In this document: positions 9,503-21,003 of the stretch, one piece after another
Position numbering within the stretch: the first letter of the stretch is position 1
Layout: every line of letters begins with the position of its first letter
IMG/VR virus record: IMGVR_UViG_3300044823_000252
Span: 1-60,787 of that record
Origin: a virus
Taxonomy: Duplodnaviria; Caudoviricetes
Strand: one strand, 5' to 3'
DNA length: 60,787 bases
Made by a program: the position numbers and the translations under genes
Notes under the pieces: generated by a model
Databases searched by the model: none
What the model was told of the DNA's origin: nothing
The model's input: only the letters and a program-made list of their open reading frames with translations

Positions 9503-10224
9503 GGTCCACCCGCGAGATCGCCCTGAGTGAGCAGCAGGTCGGACGACCGATTCGACGCGAATCGCACCAAGCGATCACGGAAGTCGGCCATATTGATGAG
9601 CGCCTCGACCCTCGAGTGCAGCGCGTCGATCGCAAGCTTCAGCGCGCAGAGCCCGCGCCACGTATCGTCGTCGTATGGCAGCTCCACCACGTCAGCGTCG
9701 TTCGAGTACGTCGAGGGCCGGTCGAGCGTCTTCGCGCGCACCTCGCGGTCGTACTCGCTCGGGTTGCCGGCCTCGAAGTCGACCACGTGCTCGCGCTCGA
9801 GGTAGCCCTCGCGCTCGATCGGTCCGCGGACGCTCTTGTTTCGACCCAGTCTACCGTCCCGCTCGCGCTCCAGTGTGACGCGCTCGATCACTTCATCGTG
9901 ATCAGGACGCAGGGACAGCTCGCAGCGTCGGAACTCGAGGTGCACGGAGGCGCCCTTGATGACCTTCGTTCGGATCGAGTGGTCCTGGTCGTCGTACTTG
10001 TCGTAGAGCGTGACCAGGATCACCGGCCTCCAGTCGAGCGGCGCGGCCTTCTCGTAGACCTGGTTGAGGCGCCTGTACACCTCGGTAAAGGTGTCGGCAC
10101 TCTCCCGCGAGCGGATGCCCGGCGCCTCGAAGAAGAAGGTGTGTTCGCGGAAGTCGTAGAACACCTCGACGTCGACGCCGCCCGAGCGCACCTTGTCGAC
10201 GACGATCGGCTTACGGTCCCGCAT
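9499..10224 (-). CDS. Hypothetical protein
   Basis: MRDRKPIVVDKV..; coupled to neighbours. Confidence 0.65.
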   Translation of the reverse strand: MRDRKPIVVDKVRSGGVDVEVFYDFREHTFFFEAPGIRSRESADTFTEVYRRLNQVYEKAAPLDWRPVILVTLYDKYDDQDHSIRTKVIKGASVHLEFRRCELSLRPDHDEVIERVTLERERDGRLGRNKSVRGPIEREGYLEREHVVDFEAGNPSEYDREVRAKTLDRPSTYSNDADVVELPYDDDTWRGLCALKLAIDALHSRVEALINMADFRDRLVRFASNRSSDLLLTQGDLAGGP

Positions 10225-10882
10225 CAGAGGCCCACCCTCTCTTCGCCGTCGAGGTACTCGATCATCGCCCGCACGATTTGCTCGGCGATCTCGGGGTCTC
10301 TGTCTTCGGTCGCCAGGTACATCACACCGACCGCGCACAGCTCCATGCGCGCGACGCGCTGAAGATCGCGATCTTCCCTCTTGACGGTCAGTGTCACCTC
10401 GTCACTCATCGGATCCGTCTCCCTCGTTGCGGTTGAACAGCTTCACCCGATCGACGATCGTCCGCGGGATCGAAGTGGACCGAGCGTACCGAGGTGGTAG
10501 CGTCAGTGTTGGCTCCGGCAGGAACGTGGGTGGCGGCGGGAAGGGCAGGTCGGGGAAGTGTCCGGCGACGGCCCCGGTGAACCCATTCTGCTCGGCGAAC
10601 CGCTCGCACTCGGCGACGGTGCGGTCCCTCATCGGCCACACTGGCGCACGAGTTCCTCGTACGTCCGGTCTCCGGACAGGGTGTTCGCCAGATCGGGGCT
10701 CCGATCCCCCTCGAGCTCGGCGATGCGGTCCCGCAGCCGGACGTGCGCCGCGCGCCACTGCGCGACACAGCGGGCGGCCTCGGCGCGCCAGTCGCGCTTC
10801 GCGCAGACGTAGCCGACGCCGATACCGAGCAGCCAGACCCCGCAGTGGGTCAGGCAGGCGATGAGGTTGGGGTAGTTCATGA

Positions 10883-11287
10883 TCATGGCTCCCGCACCGC
10901 TCTCCCCATCTTGATGTTGTTTATGTTGAGCGGGCACGACGTGCGGTTGTGGCCGAGACCGCCGCACGCCGTGCATCGGCGCGCCTCGCGCGAGAATCCC
11001 CCCGTGCCACGGCAGACCGTGCAGAGGAGCTGCTCGACCGTCGGCTCGTTCGCGTCGTCGGAAGCGATGAGCGTCGGCCTGACCATGATACCCCTGACGC
11101 CACACCGCTCGCAGTCACCGACCGTCGCCCTGTTGCGTAGGTTCTCGCGGACCTTCGCGATCCAGTCGATCCAGTCCTCGCGGTGCTCCGTCGTCAGGCA
11201 CCCGGTTAGCTCGCGCGCCAGATCGAACACCGTGTCGATCGCCGCGGGGGACGATGGCGGCGGTCGATCGCCGAAGAGAGTACTCAC
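10883..11287 (-). CDS. Zn-finger protein with CCHC zinc knuckle
   Basis: CERC, CTVC, CTACGGLGHNRTSC. Confidence 0.6.
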   Translation of the reverse strand: MSTLFGDRPPPSSPAAIDTVFDLARELTGCLTTEHREDWIDWIAKVRENLRNRATVGDCERCGVRGIMVRPTLIASDDANEPTVEQLLCTVCRGTGGFSREARRCTACGGLGHNRTSCPLNINNIKMGRAVREP

Positions 11288-11590
11288 GACTGGCCCCGGA
11301 CGCAGACGGTTACACCCCGCCCGCCCTGGACGTCCACGACGGTGTACGCGCTGTTTTTCTTCAAGACGGAACCTCCAGTTCGACCTTCACGTACCACCCG
11401 CCGCGACCCGTCACGATCTGCCGCGTCACTAGCGCCTGCATGTCGTCGGTGACCGCGTACCGCACACTGCACCCCGCGCACAAGAGAACGAGGATCTTGC
11501 CATCGTCGGTCTGCACATCGAACACCATCCCCGTCGTGCACTCCCTGGTGACGTGATCGCAGAGTCCGACGCGCTTGCCTCTCGGGATCT

Positions 11591-12193
11591 TCATGGCGCC
11601 ACCTTCCCCGGCCTTGTCTGAATGAGCGCCGCCTCTGGCCCACGCCAAAAAGGTTGTATCCATATGACTTTGCGATCCATCCTCCCCACTCCACACACCT
11701 GCCTGCGGTAATGACCGCGGACCATGACCTGCACCGTCGGCGGACCGTGCTTGCGACCGGCCTTGCCGTGCTCGACGTACTCTCTGACCGACTCGCGGCA
11801 GTCGATCTCGATCGGCTTACCGACCGTGATGATGCGATACTCAGGCTCGGCCTCGCGCCCTTTACTCCTCGGTCGCGCCTCGACCTTCTTGACCTTGAAG
11901 TTCGGCGGGTGCTGCAGGTTGAGCAGGAGGCCCGCCACGAGGCGCTTGGCCATCACCAGGCAGCGCCGCGTGACGTCGTCCTCGTGGAGGTCGCTGCCGT
12001 CGCTGACGAGCAGATCCGATAGGGCCGGCGCTTCGTCGGTGACAGTACCGGCGACCGCGACGCGCAGGTTCAAGTTGGGTCCCCCGGTCGTCAGGAGAGT
12101 GATCCGTGATCCGAACGAGTAGGTCGCCACCAGGACGCGCGAGAACAGGTGACGCTGCCGCCTGCGCGCCTGGCGATTGGGTGAGGCGATCAT
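11591..12193 (-). CDS. Hypothetical phage protein with C-terminal VRGHxR motif
   Basis: VMVRGHYRRQVCG..IWIQPFWRGP, a motif I recognise from phage proteins. Confidence 0.6.
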   Translation of the reverse strand: MIASPNRQARRRQRHLFSRVLVATYSFGSRITLLTTGGPNLNLRVAVAGTVTDEAPALSDLLVSDGSDLHEDDVTRRCLVMAKRLVAGLLLNLQHPPNFKVKKVEARPRSKGREAEPEYRIITVGKPIEIDCRESVREYVEHGKAGRKHGPPTVQVMVRGHYRRQVCGVGRMDRKVIWIQPFWRGPEAALIQTRPGKVAP

Positions 12194-13070
12194 CGCGTGC
12201 CCTTGCCCCTCTGATAGAGATGCACGTACGTCTCCCCTGACCCGCGCAACGCATCAAGCGCCTCCGCGTAGCGGACGACCTCCATGATGCTGACCCCCTC
12301 GGGCTGCAGGCTGCGCGTAGCCCCCAACCGTCTCGCGACCTTCTTCAACTCCTCCAGGTGGTGGAGCTCGATGCTGTAAAGCACCTGATCGGCCGGCGTC
12401 GACTCTTGAGGCGGCTCACCGGGAGGCGACTCTTTTCGAAGCGCCTCGATGACGAACTGACGAGCGCGCTCGCCACCGCTCCGCAGAAAGCTCGCGAGCC
12501 GACGCTCGACCTCCCAGCAGTTGTCGCAGCGCGCACAGTCCGGCGCAGCCCGCCCGCCGCACGACTCGCACGGTGCGCTCAAGACGATCCCCGGAGCGCC
12601 GCCACCTCGGCTTTGCGTAGCTCGATGTCGGCAACGTAGAGGCGGTCGCGAGCGACCTTGGCGACTTTTTCTGCCTCGCTGTAGGCGCCGTGCGACGCAT
12701 CGTTGACCGCCGTCTCGAGCGCCTTGATCGCCGCGCGCATCTGCGCGATGGCGGCGCCTTCGTGTTTCCTGCGTGCGTCGATGCTGTTCACGATTCCCCC
12801 TCGTCATCCATGAGGCCCATGAGAGCTTGGTACTCGCCCTCGCTCATGTCGTGGTCGCAGCTCACCTGTTCACCTCGTCGACGACGATCCGCAGGCACTC
12901 GAGCACCACCGCGTCCTCACGATCCCCACCGTTCCCGTCGGTGCCGTGCTCGCCGACGTAGTCGGCGATCCTGCCGACCTGCTCTGGCGTGTAGTCGAGC
13001 ATCAGCGTCTCGACCGAGGACACGAACCGCCGAAGCGCGGTGCGCTCGGCGGAGGTGAGTGGGTGGCGGC

Positions 13071-13283
13071 TCATCGTTGCGGCCCTACTGCAGCCTGCCG
13101 CTCTGCAGCTATGCGCAGACCGACATGGAGCAGCCATGTACTCACACCGAGTCCCTCGCGGCTGGCGACCGACTCAAGCAACTCGCGCTGCTGATCCGTG
13201 CAGCGCACGTTGACGACGTTCTCCTTGAGGGTCTTGCCACTCTTCTTAGTCTTCGGAGCCATGGATATCGATCGCCCTTTCAT
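13071..13283 (-). CDS. Ribbon-helix-helix DNA-binding protein
   Basis: VVNVRCTDQQRELLESVASREGLGVSTWL; alternative start 13262. Confidence 0.7.
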   Translation of the reverse strand: MKGRSISMAPKTKKSGKTLKENVVNVRCTDQQRELLESVASREGLGVSTWLLHVGLRIAAERQAAVGPQR

Positions 13284-13332
13284 AACACAAACGTTGTATC
13301 GATATTGTCAATCAATTAGTTGACCGTGTCAA
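13282..13332 (-). promoter_or_regulatory. AT-rich promoter/operator region
   Basis: Minus-strand TTGACA (13306-13311), N18, TGTTAT; palindrome TTGAC-CGT-GTCAA at 13320-13332. Confidence 0.45.
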
Positions 13333-14377
13333 GGTAAGCCGAGTCAGCCACCATTCTTTGCGATGGTTGCTCGCTTCGCCTCGTCGAGCGCTCGCCTGCA
13401 GGCGTCGAGCCACTGGTCCGCGTCCGCTAACGTCTGCAGGTGCCCAGGCATGTCCGAGTCGGTCGACAGCATCTCCTCGAGAGCGTTGAGCGTCACTTCC
13501 AGCGCGCTCTGGTAATCCTCGACGGTGACGAGCGGCGCGATGTCAGCCACCTGACACCTCCTCCGACACCTCCCGGCGCTGGAACTCAGCGCACGGCTCG
13601 ATCAGGCGATTGCCGGCGACGAACGGGCCACCATGCACGCCCTCAGCCACACCGCAGCGAGCGCAGCACGACTCTAGCGCGCGCGCCACTCCGATCACGC
13701 CCGCCTCCATCTTGGAGTTCAAATCGGACAGGTCCTCGCGACAGAGCCCGAACCCGAAGATCGGTCGCGCGCACCCGTCGACGAGACATTCCCCGCGTCG
13801 AGCCGCTTTGCGGCGCCCTGAATCAGGTTTCAGCTTCATCGTCGTACTCCCTCTCCAAGATCCCGATCGGCTCACCCGACTCGATCACGACCGGTCTGCG
13901 CAGCACGCGCCACCCGTCGCGCGTGTACCCAGGCGTCAGCCCCATCGCCCGCAGCCGGCGCGCTGCGGCGCGCCCCTTCTTCCCGCCCGGGTAGAAGCGC
14001 GCGCGGACGTGGAGCGTCCTCTCGCTGGCGCCAGACATCACCGCTGCCCCATCAGGTCGGACAGCACCTGGTTCGCCGTCTCGTGGTCGAGGCAGACGGC
14101 AATGACGTTCCGGTCCGCGTCGCGCACCTCGAACATCCACGGGCGCGGGTATGGCCAGCCGAACGCCTCCGCGACCTCCGGCTCGCACCCGTGGACCGTG
14201 CCCGTTATCCGGAACGCGCCGCCCTTGAACATCACCCTCTGCATCACTTCCCCCTCTTCCGCATCCGGTCACGGAAGCTCTTGAACTGCGTGAACTCGTC
14301 CGACTCTCTGTCGAGGCCCAGCACCGCTGGAACGATCAGCAGGGCCACGGTAAGGATCGGTAGCCAGGCTAGGTGAC

Positions 14378-14779
14378 TCATCCCCTCGCTCCGTCGGTAG
14401 ATCGCACCTTACCGCTCCGGTGGTCGTTGCATGCCGTGTACGCCTCCCGCGCCCGCTCGATCATCCGGTCGAGCACCGCGTCGACGGTGCCGGCGCGGTG
14501 CACGCGCGTGGCCTTGAAGATCGGGACCACTCGCGCCGGCCAGTGGAACTTGCTGTCGGCGAAGATGGCCACAACGCGGATGGCGTCTTCGCCGCAGTCG
14601 CGCACCTCGGCGGCGCCGCGCTGGATCGACGAGTAGACCTTCACGGTGTACCGCGCGTCACGATCGTGCGAGCGCCCGTAGACCTCCTCCCCGGAGTCGG
14701 CGGGGAGGAGGTGGAACCCCGCCGCCGCCAACCGTCCTCGGATGGCGGAGGCGGGCACGGCGACGAATCGGGTGCTCAC
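14378..14779 (-). CDS. Hypothetical phage protein
   Basis: VKVYSSI..RDCGEDAIRV; coupled to the helicase. Confidence 0.65.
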   Translation of the reverse strand: MSTRFVAVPASAIRGRLAAAGFHLLPADSGEEVYGRSHDRDARYTVKVYSSIQRGAAEVRDCGEDAIRVVAIFADSKFHWPARVVPIFKATRVHRAGTVDAVLDRMIERAREAYTACNDHRSGKVRSTDGARG

Positions 14780-16353
14780 GCGCTCTCCGCGCCGTCGCCA
14801 TGGAGCTTCTTAGCGAAGCCGCCGACCAGGACGAGCGTGTGCTTCGCACGTGTTTGAGCAACGTATAAACAGTTGGCCTCTTCTGTCGAGACGCCAGGCC
14901 GGTAGGTGTCGATGAGTAGCCAAACCCGATCGCGCTCCAGACCTTTCGCCTTGTGGGTGGTCGAGAGCATGATACAGGCGCCGTCACTCTTGTCGGAGAA
15001 CAGCTCCTCGATCCTGGCGACGACGTCCGCGACGCTGACGGCGCCGTCGCTGAGCGCGATGAGGCACGCCGCGCGGTCCTCGACGGCCTGCGTGTCGCGC
15101 TTCTTGGCGGCGAGCCTCGCGATCTCCTTCTTCGCCCACTCCTCGACGTGGACGCGAAACGCGGGGACGTCCGTTACCTTGCTCTTCTTGACGAACGAAG
15201 CGAGGTTTTTGCCCACGTCGCGCCCCTGGATGTTGGCGCGCCGACCGTCCCTGAGAAAACCCATGCAGAGCCCGATCAGTGGGGCATTGACGCGAGAGAT
15301 GATGAAGTCCCCAGGCTGCGCGCCCCTCTCCATCTGCTCGCGCGTCGCGTTGATGACCTCACCCTCGACTGCGTCCGTAGCGGGCTGGATGTTCCGGACG
15401 ATCTCCTGGGCCTTGCGGACGACCGCCTTCGAGCAGCGGTAGCAGATCGATAGCGGTAACTCGGTCGCGCCGAGGCTATCCTTGACGTTGTCGAACGCGC
15501 GCTCGTCGGCTCCTCTCCACGCATAAATTGCCTGCCTCGGGTCCCCGACGGCGAGGATGCGACCGCCCTCGCGGCACGCGCGCAGCGTCAGCTCGATCTG
15601 CGCGGCGTTCAGGTCCTGGGTCTCGTCGACGAAGACCCGGTCGAACTTGCGCTGGCGGAGCTTCCTAACGACCGGCAACCAGACCATGTCGTCGAAGTCG
15701 ATCTTACCGTCCTCGGTGCTGTAGCAGTGGCGGAGTAGTCCAAGCACCTCCTGGACGAACTTCTGGCGGTCAGCCTCAGCGGCGTCATCGCCCGCATCGT
15801 CCCCGAACGCACCCTCCTCGTCCTCTTCTGTAGTCGGAAGCTCGATGTCGAATCGGTACATGACCTCGTCGATCGAGGCCGAGGTCAGGGCGAGCGCACT
15901 CTTCGCGAGCGACACCGTCTTGATGAGCATGCGGCAGCGATCGTCGATGATCTCCAACTGTTCCTGAAATTCGAACACATCCGCCTCGCTCTTCGATTCG
16001 GTGATCGCCTTCTCCAGGCGGGCGATCTCGTCGCGGTACAGGTCCTCGACGAAACCGTGCACGCGGTACTCGTCGATCGTGAGCCGCCCGAGCGAGGCCG
16101 TGATGCACTTCAGGCCATAGGAATGCAGGGTCGACACCTCGACCGGCTTGCCAGCTAGGCGCTGGCCAAGCACCTTGGCGATGTCCTTGTTGAAGGCGAA
16201 GAACGCGGTCTTGAGGCCGCGCGGGATGTAGTCGACCGCCGCCTCGATGGTGGTTGTCTTGCCGCTGCCAGCGACCGCGTTGACGACGGTGTGGCCGGTG
16301 CCCTCGGCGACATTCTTGAAGACGGCGAGTTGGTAGGTGCTCCAGGTGCGCAT
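14776..16353 (-). CDS. UvrD/Rep-like SF1 DNA helicase
   Basis: AVAGSGKTT, VFVDETQD, VGDPRQAIYAWRG, LSICYRC, STTHKAKGLE, LYVAQTRAK; AGGAG RBS before ATG 16353. Confidence 0.92.
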   Translation of the reverse strand: MRTWSTYQLAVFKNVAEGTGHTVVNAVAGSGKTTTIEAAVDYIPRGLKTAFFAFNKDIAKVLGQRLAGKPVEVSTLHSYGLKCITASLGRLTIDEYRVHGFVEDLYRDEIARLEKAITESKSEADVFEFQEQLEIIDDRCRMLIKTVSLAKSALALTSASIDEVMYRFDIELPTTEEDEEGAFGDDAGDDAAEADRQKFVQEVLGLLRHCYSTEDGKIDFDDMVWLPVVRKLRQRKFDRVFVDETQDLNAAQIELTLRACREGGRILAVGDPRQAIYAWRGADERAFDNVKDSLGATELPLSICYRCSKAVVRKAQEIVRNIQPATDAVEGEVINATREQMERGAQPGDFIISRVNAPLIGLCMGFLRDGRRANIQGRDVGKNLASFVKKSKVTDVPAFRVHVEEWAKKEIARLAAKKRDTQAVEDRAACLIALSDGAVSVADVVARIEELFSDKSDGACIMLSTTHKAKGLERDRVWLLIDTYRPGVSTEEANCLYVAQTRAKHTLVLVGGFAKKLHGDGAESA

Positions 16354-16448
16354 GGTGGTGGGGATCTCCTTTTCCCGGGTTTCGGTGGCTAAAACGAGCG
16401 ACCGATAGACAGTGTTCCACGTCAAACGTTCATCGTCAACAAAAAGTG

Positions 16449-16476
16449 TTGCGTTTGAGTAGATATTAGTTATGCT
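16449..16476 (+). promoter_or_regulatory. Sigma70-like promoter heading the rightward operon that ends in cas12 and the array
   Basis: TTGCGT-N16-TATGCT in an AT-rich divergent gap, 8 nt before ATG 16485. Confidence 0.55.
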
Positions 16477-16484
16477 CCGTCTAC

Positions 16485-17316
16485 ATGAACATGTCGGTCC
16501 GATCCACGCCCCCCGAAACAGCCACCCGCCACGTCGGCAACTGCCAGCTCTGCGAGAGCGACCAGAAGCTCTCTCCTGGCGGCCTGACGGTCCACCACGG
16601 CTACCAGCGCCCCGGTGACGGCTTCATCCACGGCGACTGCCACGGGGTCGCTGAGGCTCCCTACGAGGTCTCCTGCGCGCTCATCGAGACCCACCGTGCG
16701 GCGCTGCAGGTCCGGCTCGTGCACCTGCGCGCGCGTCTCGCGGACATCCAGGCCTGCCGCGTCAACTGGTTCTTCCGAAGGGAACCGAGCTGGCCTGAGG
16801 CTCGACGAGTACGCCGTGGGGGTCACCGAGCCCTACCGGTTCGCCCGCGGCCTCGAGAGCTACAAGTGGGACGTAGAGGGCAACATCCGGCAGACCGAGG
16901 CCACGATCACCCGGTTCACCGCCCGGATCGCTGCCTGGCGCCCGCAGCCCGTCCGAACGGTCGAGGAGGGGCTCCGCAAGGAGGCCGCCGTCAAGGCCGC
17001 GCGCAAGGGCGAACGTGACGCCGCGCGCGCTGCCCGCGCCGCCAAGAATGCCGCCACCGAAGCCAAGCAGGCCGCCCTGGCCGCCCGCCGACAGGCGATC
17101 GTCGAGGGCCTGGTGGCCTCCCTGCAGGCCCTGGCGGACCAACCGGCGAGTCCCGATCGCGACGCCGCCGCCCGCAAGATCTGGGCGTCGGTCAAGGACA
17201 GTAAGAAGTACCCGTGGCTCTGGCTCCACGAGCTGCTGGAGCAGGGCGCCGAGGCGTCGACGCTAGCGCTCGGTCTCACCCGCCGCGACCCGCAGAGCGG
17301 GTGCGTCCTCTACTGA
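16485..17316 (+). pseudogene. Frameshifted hypothetical phage gene
   Basis: GNCQLC..HHGYQRPG..GDCHG..PYEVS N-half (frame of 16485) appears to continue in the frame of ORF 16615-17316 near 16790. Confidence 0.6.
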
Positions 17317-17328
17317 AGGAGAATCCCG

Positions 17329-17685
17329 ATGAGCGCGAAGACCGCCACCGTCCGCCTGTACGTCGCCGTCGTCTCCCTGGCCGCCGCGCTCCTCGAGCTC
17401 GTGGCGACCGTCGTGCGGCTTGCCGCCGCCCTGCTCGGTCGGGCAGCCCGCGCCGTCCGGGCGCGCGCGGAACGATCTACGGCCACGCCAGTGGTTCTGC
17501 GGGTCGTCCCGCAGCCTGGCCGGCGAACGCCGGTCGACGCGCGCGCGCGCATCACGTTCGCGCTCGTCGGCATGAGGTTCCACGCGCCGGCCGTCCGCGC
17601 GTTCGTCGCCGGACTCGGCGACCGCGCGGACCGCGAGCCGATCGACGCGCTCATCAAGGAGGGGCTCGCCAAGTTGGCAGCTTGA
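17329..17685 (+). CDS. Protein with RuvA C-terminal-like helical domain
   Basis: FALVGMRF..AV..IDALIKEGLAKL; AAGGAG RBS. Confidence 0.45.
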   Translation: MSAKTATVRLYVAVVSLAAALLELVATVVRLAAALLGRAARAVRARAERSTATPVVLRVVPQPGRRTPVDARARITFALVGMRFHAPAVRAFVAGLGDRADREPIDALIKEGLAKLAA

Positions 17686-18265
17686 TTCCGATGATCGTCC
17701 GCATCGTCCCATCCTCAGTCGCCCTACCGATGTTCCTCAAAGGAACACTCAAGACGCTCGTGAGCGGTCCTCGCGAGATCATGGAGGCCGAGCGATCGGT
17801 GGCGGCAGCGGAGAAGAGGTTACTGGTCGCTCAGGAAAAACTCGCGAAGGTCAAACGAGCCTGGAAACAGGCCTGCGATGAAGGGAGCACACGATGACGC
17901 GTCGCCACGCACAACCCCAGAACATCCACGTCATGGGCGCCCGATCGCGCGTCAGCCGACTCTGCGGCGCGACCTCTGGCGGGTTCGTCCGACTGAACGC
18001 CGATGGGCAGAGGTGGCTCAAGAAGTTCATCGCGAGCGGCGGCGGCCTCTGCCCCGAGTGCGCGAAGCTCCACGAGAGGGAACCGTCGTGAAGACCTACC
18101 TCGTCATGGCCGCCCGGCGCGGCCTCGTCCACCGACACGCCTGCGCCTCGGTGCAGGCCGCAGCCATCGCGACCCGCTTCTACCGTAAGGCCGGCTGGGC
18201 GGTGACCGTCCTGCCGGCGCTGGGATGCACCTAAACCCCGACCCACCCAAAAGAGGAGACCATCG

Positions 18266-18730
18266 ATGCCCACGACCTTCGCATCCAACTTCGTAATCCG
18301 CACACGTGACGACGGTGTGCCCTACGTCACGCTCGCCGAGGACGTCCCCGCGTGGCTGCGCAAAACGGTACGTGACGCTCACCTGGACACACTGCCGAGC
18401 GACTGGGTCTACGCCGAGTGCAAGGCGGCCGTCGAGGCGTTTGACGAGGGTACTTTCGCCGGTTCAGACGACGACGACGACTGCGTGCACGATCACGCGG
18501 ACTCGCGCGTCGAGGTCTACACCCAGGCGCTCTACCAGTGGGCCGCTGACCACTGCCTCACGGAGATCTTCGCTGCCGCCAAGCAGGAGGCGATGGACGT
18601 GGGTCTGCCTGAAGACACGGAAGACCGGATCAAGTCCATTCAGTACGCAGCGATCCACCACATCGCCGATACGATGCGGCAGGCGTGTATAGCCGCCGCT
18701 CGCGAGCAGACTGGCATGGAGCCCGCGTGA
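18266..18730 (+). CDS. Acidic protein, possibly Ocr-like
   Basis: GAGGAG RBS; DDDDCVHDHADSRVEVY resembles the core of T7 Ocr. Confidence 0.4.
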   Translation: MPTTFASNFVIRTRDDGVPYVTLAEDVPAWLRKTVRDAHLDTLPSDWVYAECKAAVEAFDEGTFAGSDDDDDCVHDHADSRVEVYTQALYQWAADHCLTEIFAAAKQEAMDVGLPEDTEDRIKSIQYAAIHHIADTMRQACIAAAREQTGMEPA

Positions 18731-19674
18731 ACAAGCACCTCGCAGCGACCATCCGTGCGGCGTTCGCGGCCGAGGGGTCCGCGCCCGCGATGCGCGTAGA
18801 CGGCCGGAACTACGGCTGCGGCGGTAGTGGACGTTCTGTCCACTTCCACTGCTCGAACCTCGACGAGGTAGAGGCGTACGTGCGGCGGATCGTGGCCCAC
18901 GCGCCCTATGTCGTCGTCACCGACGTCGTCAACTTCGGCTTCTCCAGCCGCGAGATCACGCTCGCGGTCGACCCGGAGTGCTCGGGGCTCCCCGGCGGCC
19001 CGGTGTATCGCGCGCACCTCGCGGTGGGGATGGCGCTGGCGCGTCGCGCGGTCGACGCGTGCATGGATGCGACTAGGGAGTCCCGTCAGTCCCAGCAGCG
19101 TCGAGCTGCTCAATCCGCGCACAAGCCGCCTCCACCGCCGCCTGGTGACGCCATCCCGTGTGTGCACGGAGCCCTTCCTGGGGGCCTGCGCGTTCGCTGG
19201 CTGCCCCCACTTCGTTCCGGACGGCCCTCGCGACGAAGAAGTGGGCGTTCCGGCCGGGCACGACCGAAGCGGACATCGTCGCTGCGCTCGCGGAGAACGA
19301 GACGCAGCACGCGCGCGCGCCAGGCAGCGCGAGCCCGATCCATCTGGTCGTCGAGCGCAAGATGAACGAACGAAAGTCCAGACCATGAACGTCACCCGCC
19401 ACCTGACCGTCACCCTAGCTCGCCTGCACAACTACTCGAATGGCACCATGAAGATCGAGGTGATCCCGTTCACGCGCGACCGCGTGCTCGTCGTGCTTGA
19501 GGCTCGCGTGTGTGGGCAGCACATGTGGACGACGTACCCGATCGCCAGCGTCGACCCTGATCTCTGCGCACTGCTCCGCTGGCTCGAGGCTCGCGAGGAG
19601 CAGGCGAGCCGTCTCGCCCTCTCCCTACGCGGGTTGGTTCACCTCTTCCGCAACGCTACCAAGGGAGCACGCTC

Positions 19675-19929
19675 ATGAAGACCTGCACGATCTGCCGGAC
19701 CGTCATCGACCTAGCGGCGTGGCGCGCGCTGTCGCTCGTCGGCTACCACGACGACGACGTCCTCGACTCCGATCACCCGACTCCTACGACCCTGGAGCTT
19801 CGCAACTGCCACTGCGGGGCCACGCTGTCGGTGGAGCTGCCGCGCCGCCTCCACTACACCACACCCACTCTCACTCGGCTCGTGGCGTCGGACCCGAGGG
19901 TGATGGCTGCCCTGCAGGGCCTGCGATGA
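19675..19929 (+). CDS. Small Zn-ribbon protein (paralog of 9260-9502)
   Basis: KTCTIC..W..L.LVGYHDD..ELRNCHCGAT. Confidence 0.65.
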   Translation: MKTCTICRTVIDLAAWRALSLVGYHDDDVLDSDHPTPTTLELRNCHCGATLSVELPRRLHYTTPTLTRLVASDPRVMAALQGLR

Positions 19930-20278
19930 GGACCGTCCGCACGGCCCGCCCAGGACTGCTCCGCCTCGACAGCGGCCAGACACTGTTCAAGTCGGAGTAC
20001 AACCACGATCCGCCCCGCGAGGACGACCCGATGGTGTTCAACATGGCCGGCGAGTTCGTGGTCGGCGAGTACATGGACTTTCCGTGCCGCGAGCTCGCGG
20101 ACCCCGCGGCGAGTAGGCCGCTGGGCACCGCCGCCGAGGCGCTCGTGCCGATCGTGCGGAGCGTCCTGGTCGTCGCCTTCACCCGGCGCGGTGAGGCGGA
20201 ACAGGTGGCGCGCGCGAGGGGGATCGTGACAGCTATCTCCGACCTCATCGACGAGCGGATCGAGCTGGCGGGTGACTC

Positions 20279-20677
20279 GTGAACCTCTCCATCCCCCACT
20301 GCCAGGACGCCCTGCACTGGCTCAAGGGTCGCGGCTGGGACCTGACGCCGCTCACCCCGCCCGACGTCCACGCCCTGCTCGCCGTCGCGCACTGCTGGCA
20401 GCTCTGGGCGAGGCGCGACCCCGCCGGGCAGCGCGCCGCCGTCGACGCCGTGGCCGCGCTGCTCGACTGCTGCCAGGAGGTCGCCTGGCCGATGGCGCGC
20501 GAGCTCGTCGCCCACGCTAGCAACTGGCACTACCGAGACGCTGTCTGGCCCGAGGTCACCCGCCGGTTCGAGGCGCGCATGCGCGCGCAGTTCGGATCGA
20601 TCGTCAACATCGACGAGATCAACCGGATCAAGCGCCTCGAGCGCTGCCACGTCGGCCTCACGCTGGTGATGTCATGA
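20279..20677 (+). CDS. Hypothetical protein
   Basis: Coupled ORF upstream of cas12. Confidence 0.6.
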   Translation: MNLSIPHCQDALHWLKGRGWDLTPLTPPDVHALLAVAHCWQLWARRDPAGQRAAVDAVAALLDCCQEVAWPMARELVAHASNWHYRDAVWPEVTRRFEARMRAQFGSIVNIDEINRIKRLERCHVGLTLVMS

Positions 20678-20985
20678 TCCTATTCGGATACGACACCAAC
20701 AAGCACGGGATGGTCCGGCTACGCATCCACGTGAACGATGTCGACAGGGTCACTGAGGTATGGCGCGCGCGCGGGCTCGAGGTCAGCGCGTACACCGAAC
20801 CGGATGACCCACCGACCGTCGACGAGCTCCTCGCTGGTCTGGATCTGACCGAGAGCGCGCGACGCTCGCGAAGCGAGAAGCGGATCTCGTTGACGGAGTC
20901 AAACCAGGACAACGTCGACGCCGTTCGTCGCAGCCACCAACGTGCAGCCGATATTGGCTGGCCACACGACCCACGAAAACTCTGA
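20674..20985 (+). CDS. Hypothetical protein directly upstream of cas12
   Basis: ATGA-coupled, 103 aa. Confidence 0.6.
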   Translation: MILFGYDTNKHGMVRLRIHVNDVDRVTEVWRARGLEVSAYTEPDDPPTVDELLAGLDLTESARRSRSEKRISLTESNQDNVDAVRRSHQRAADIGWPHDPRKL

Positions 20986-21003
20986 AAGTAGGGAGATAAA
21001 GCC

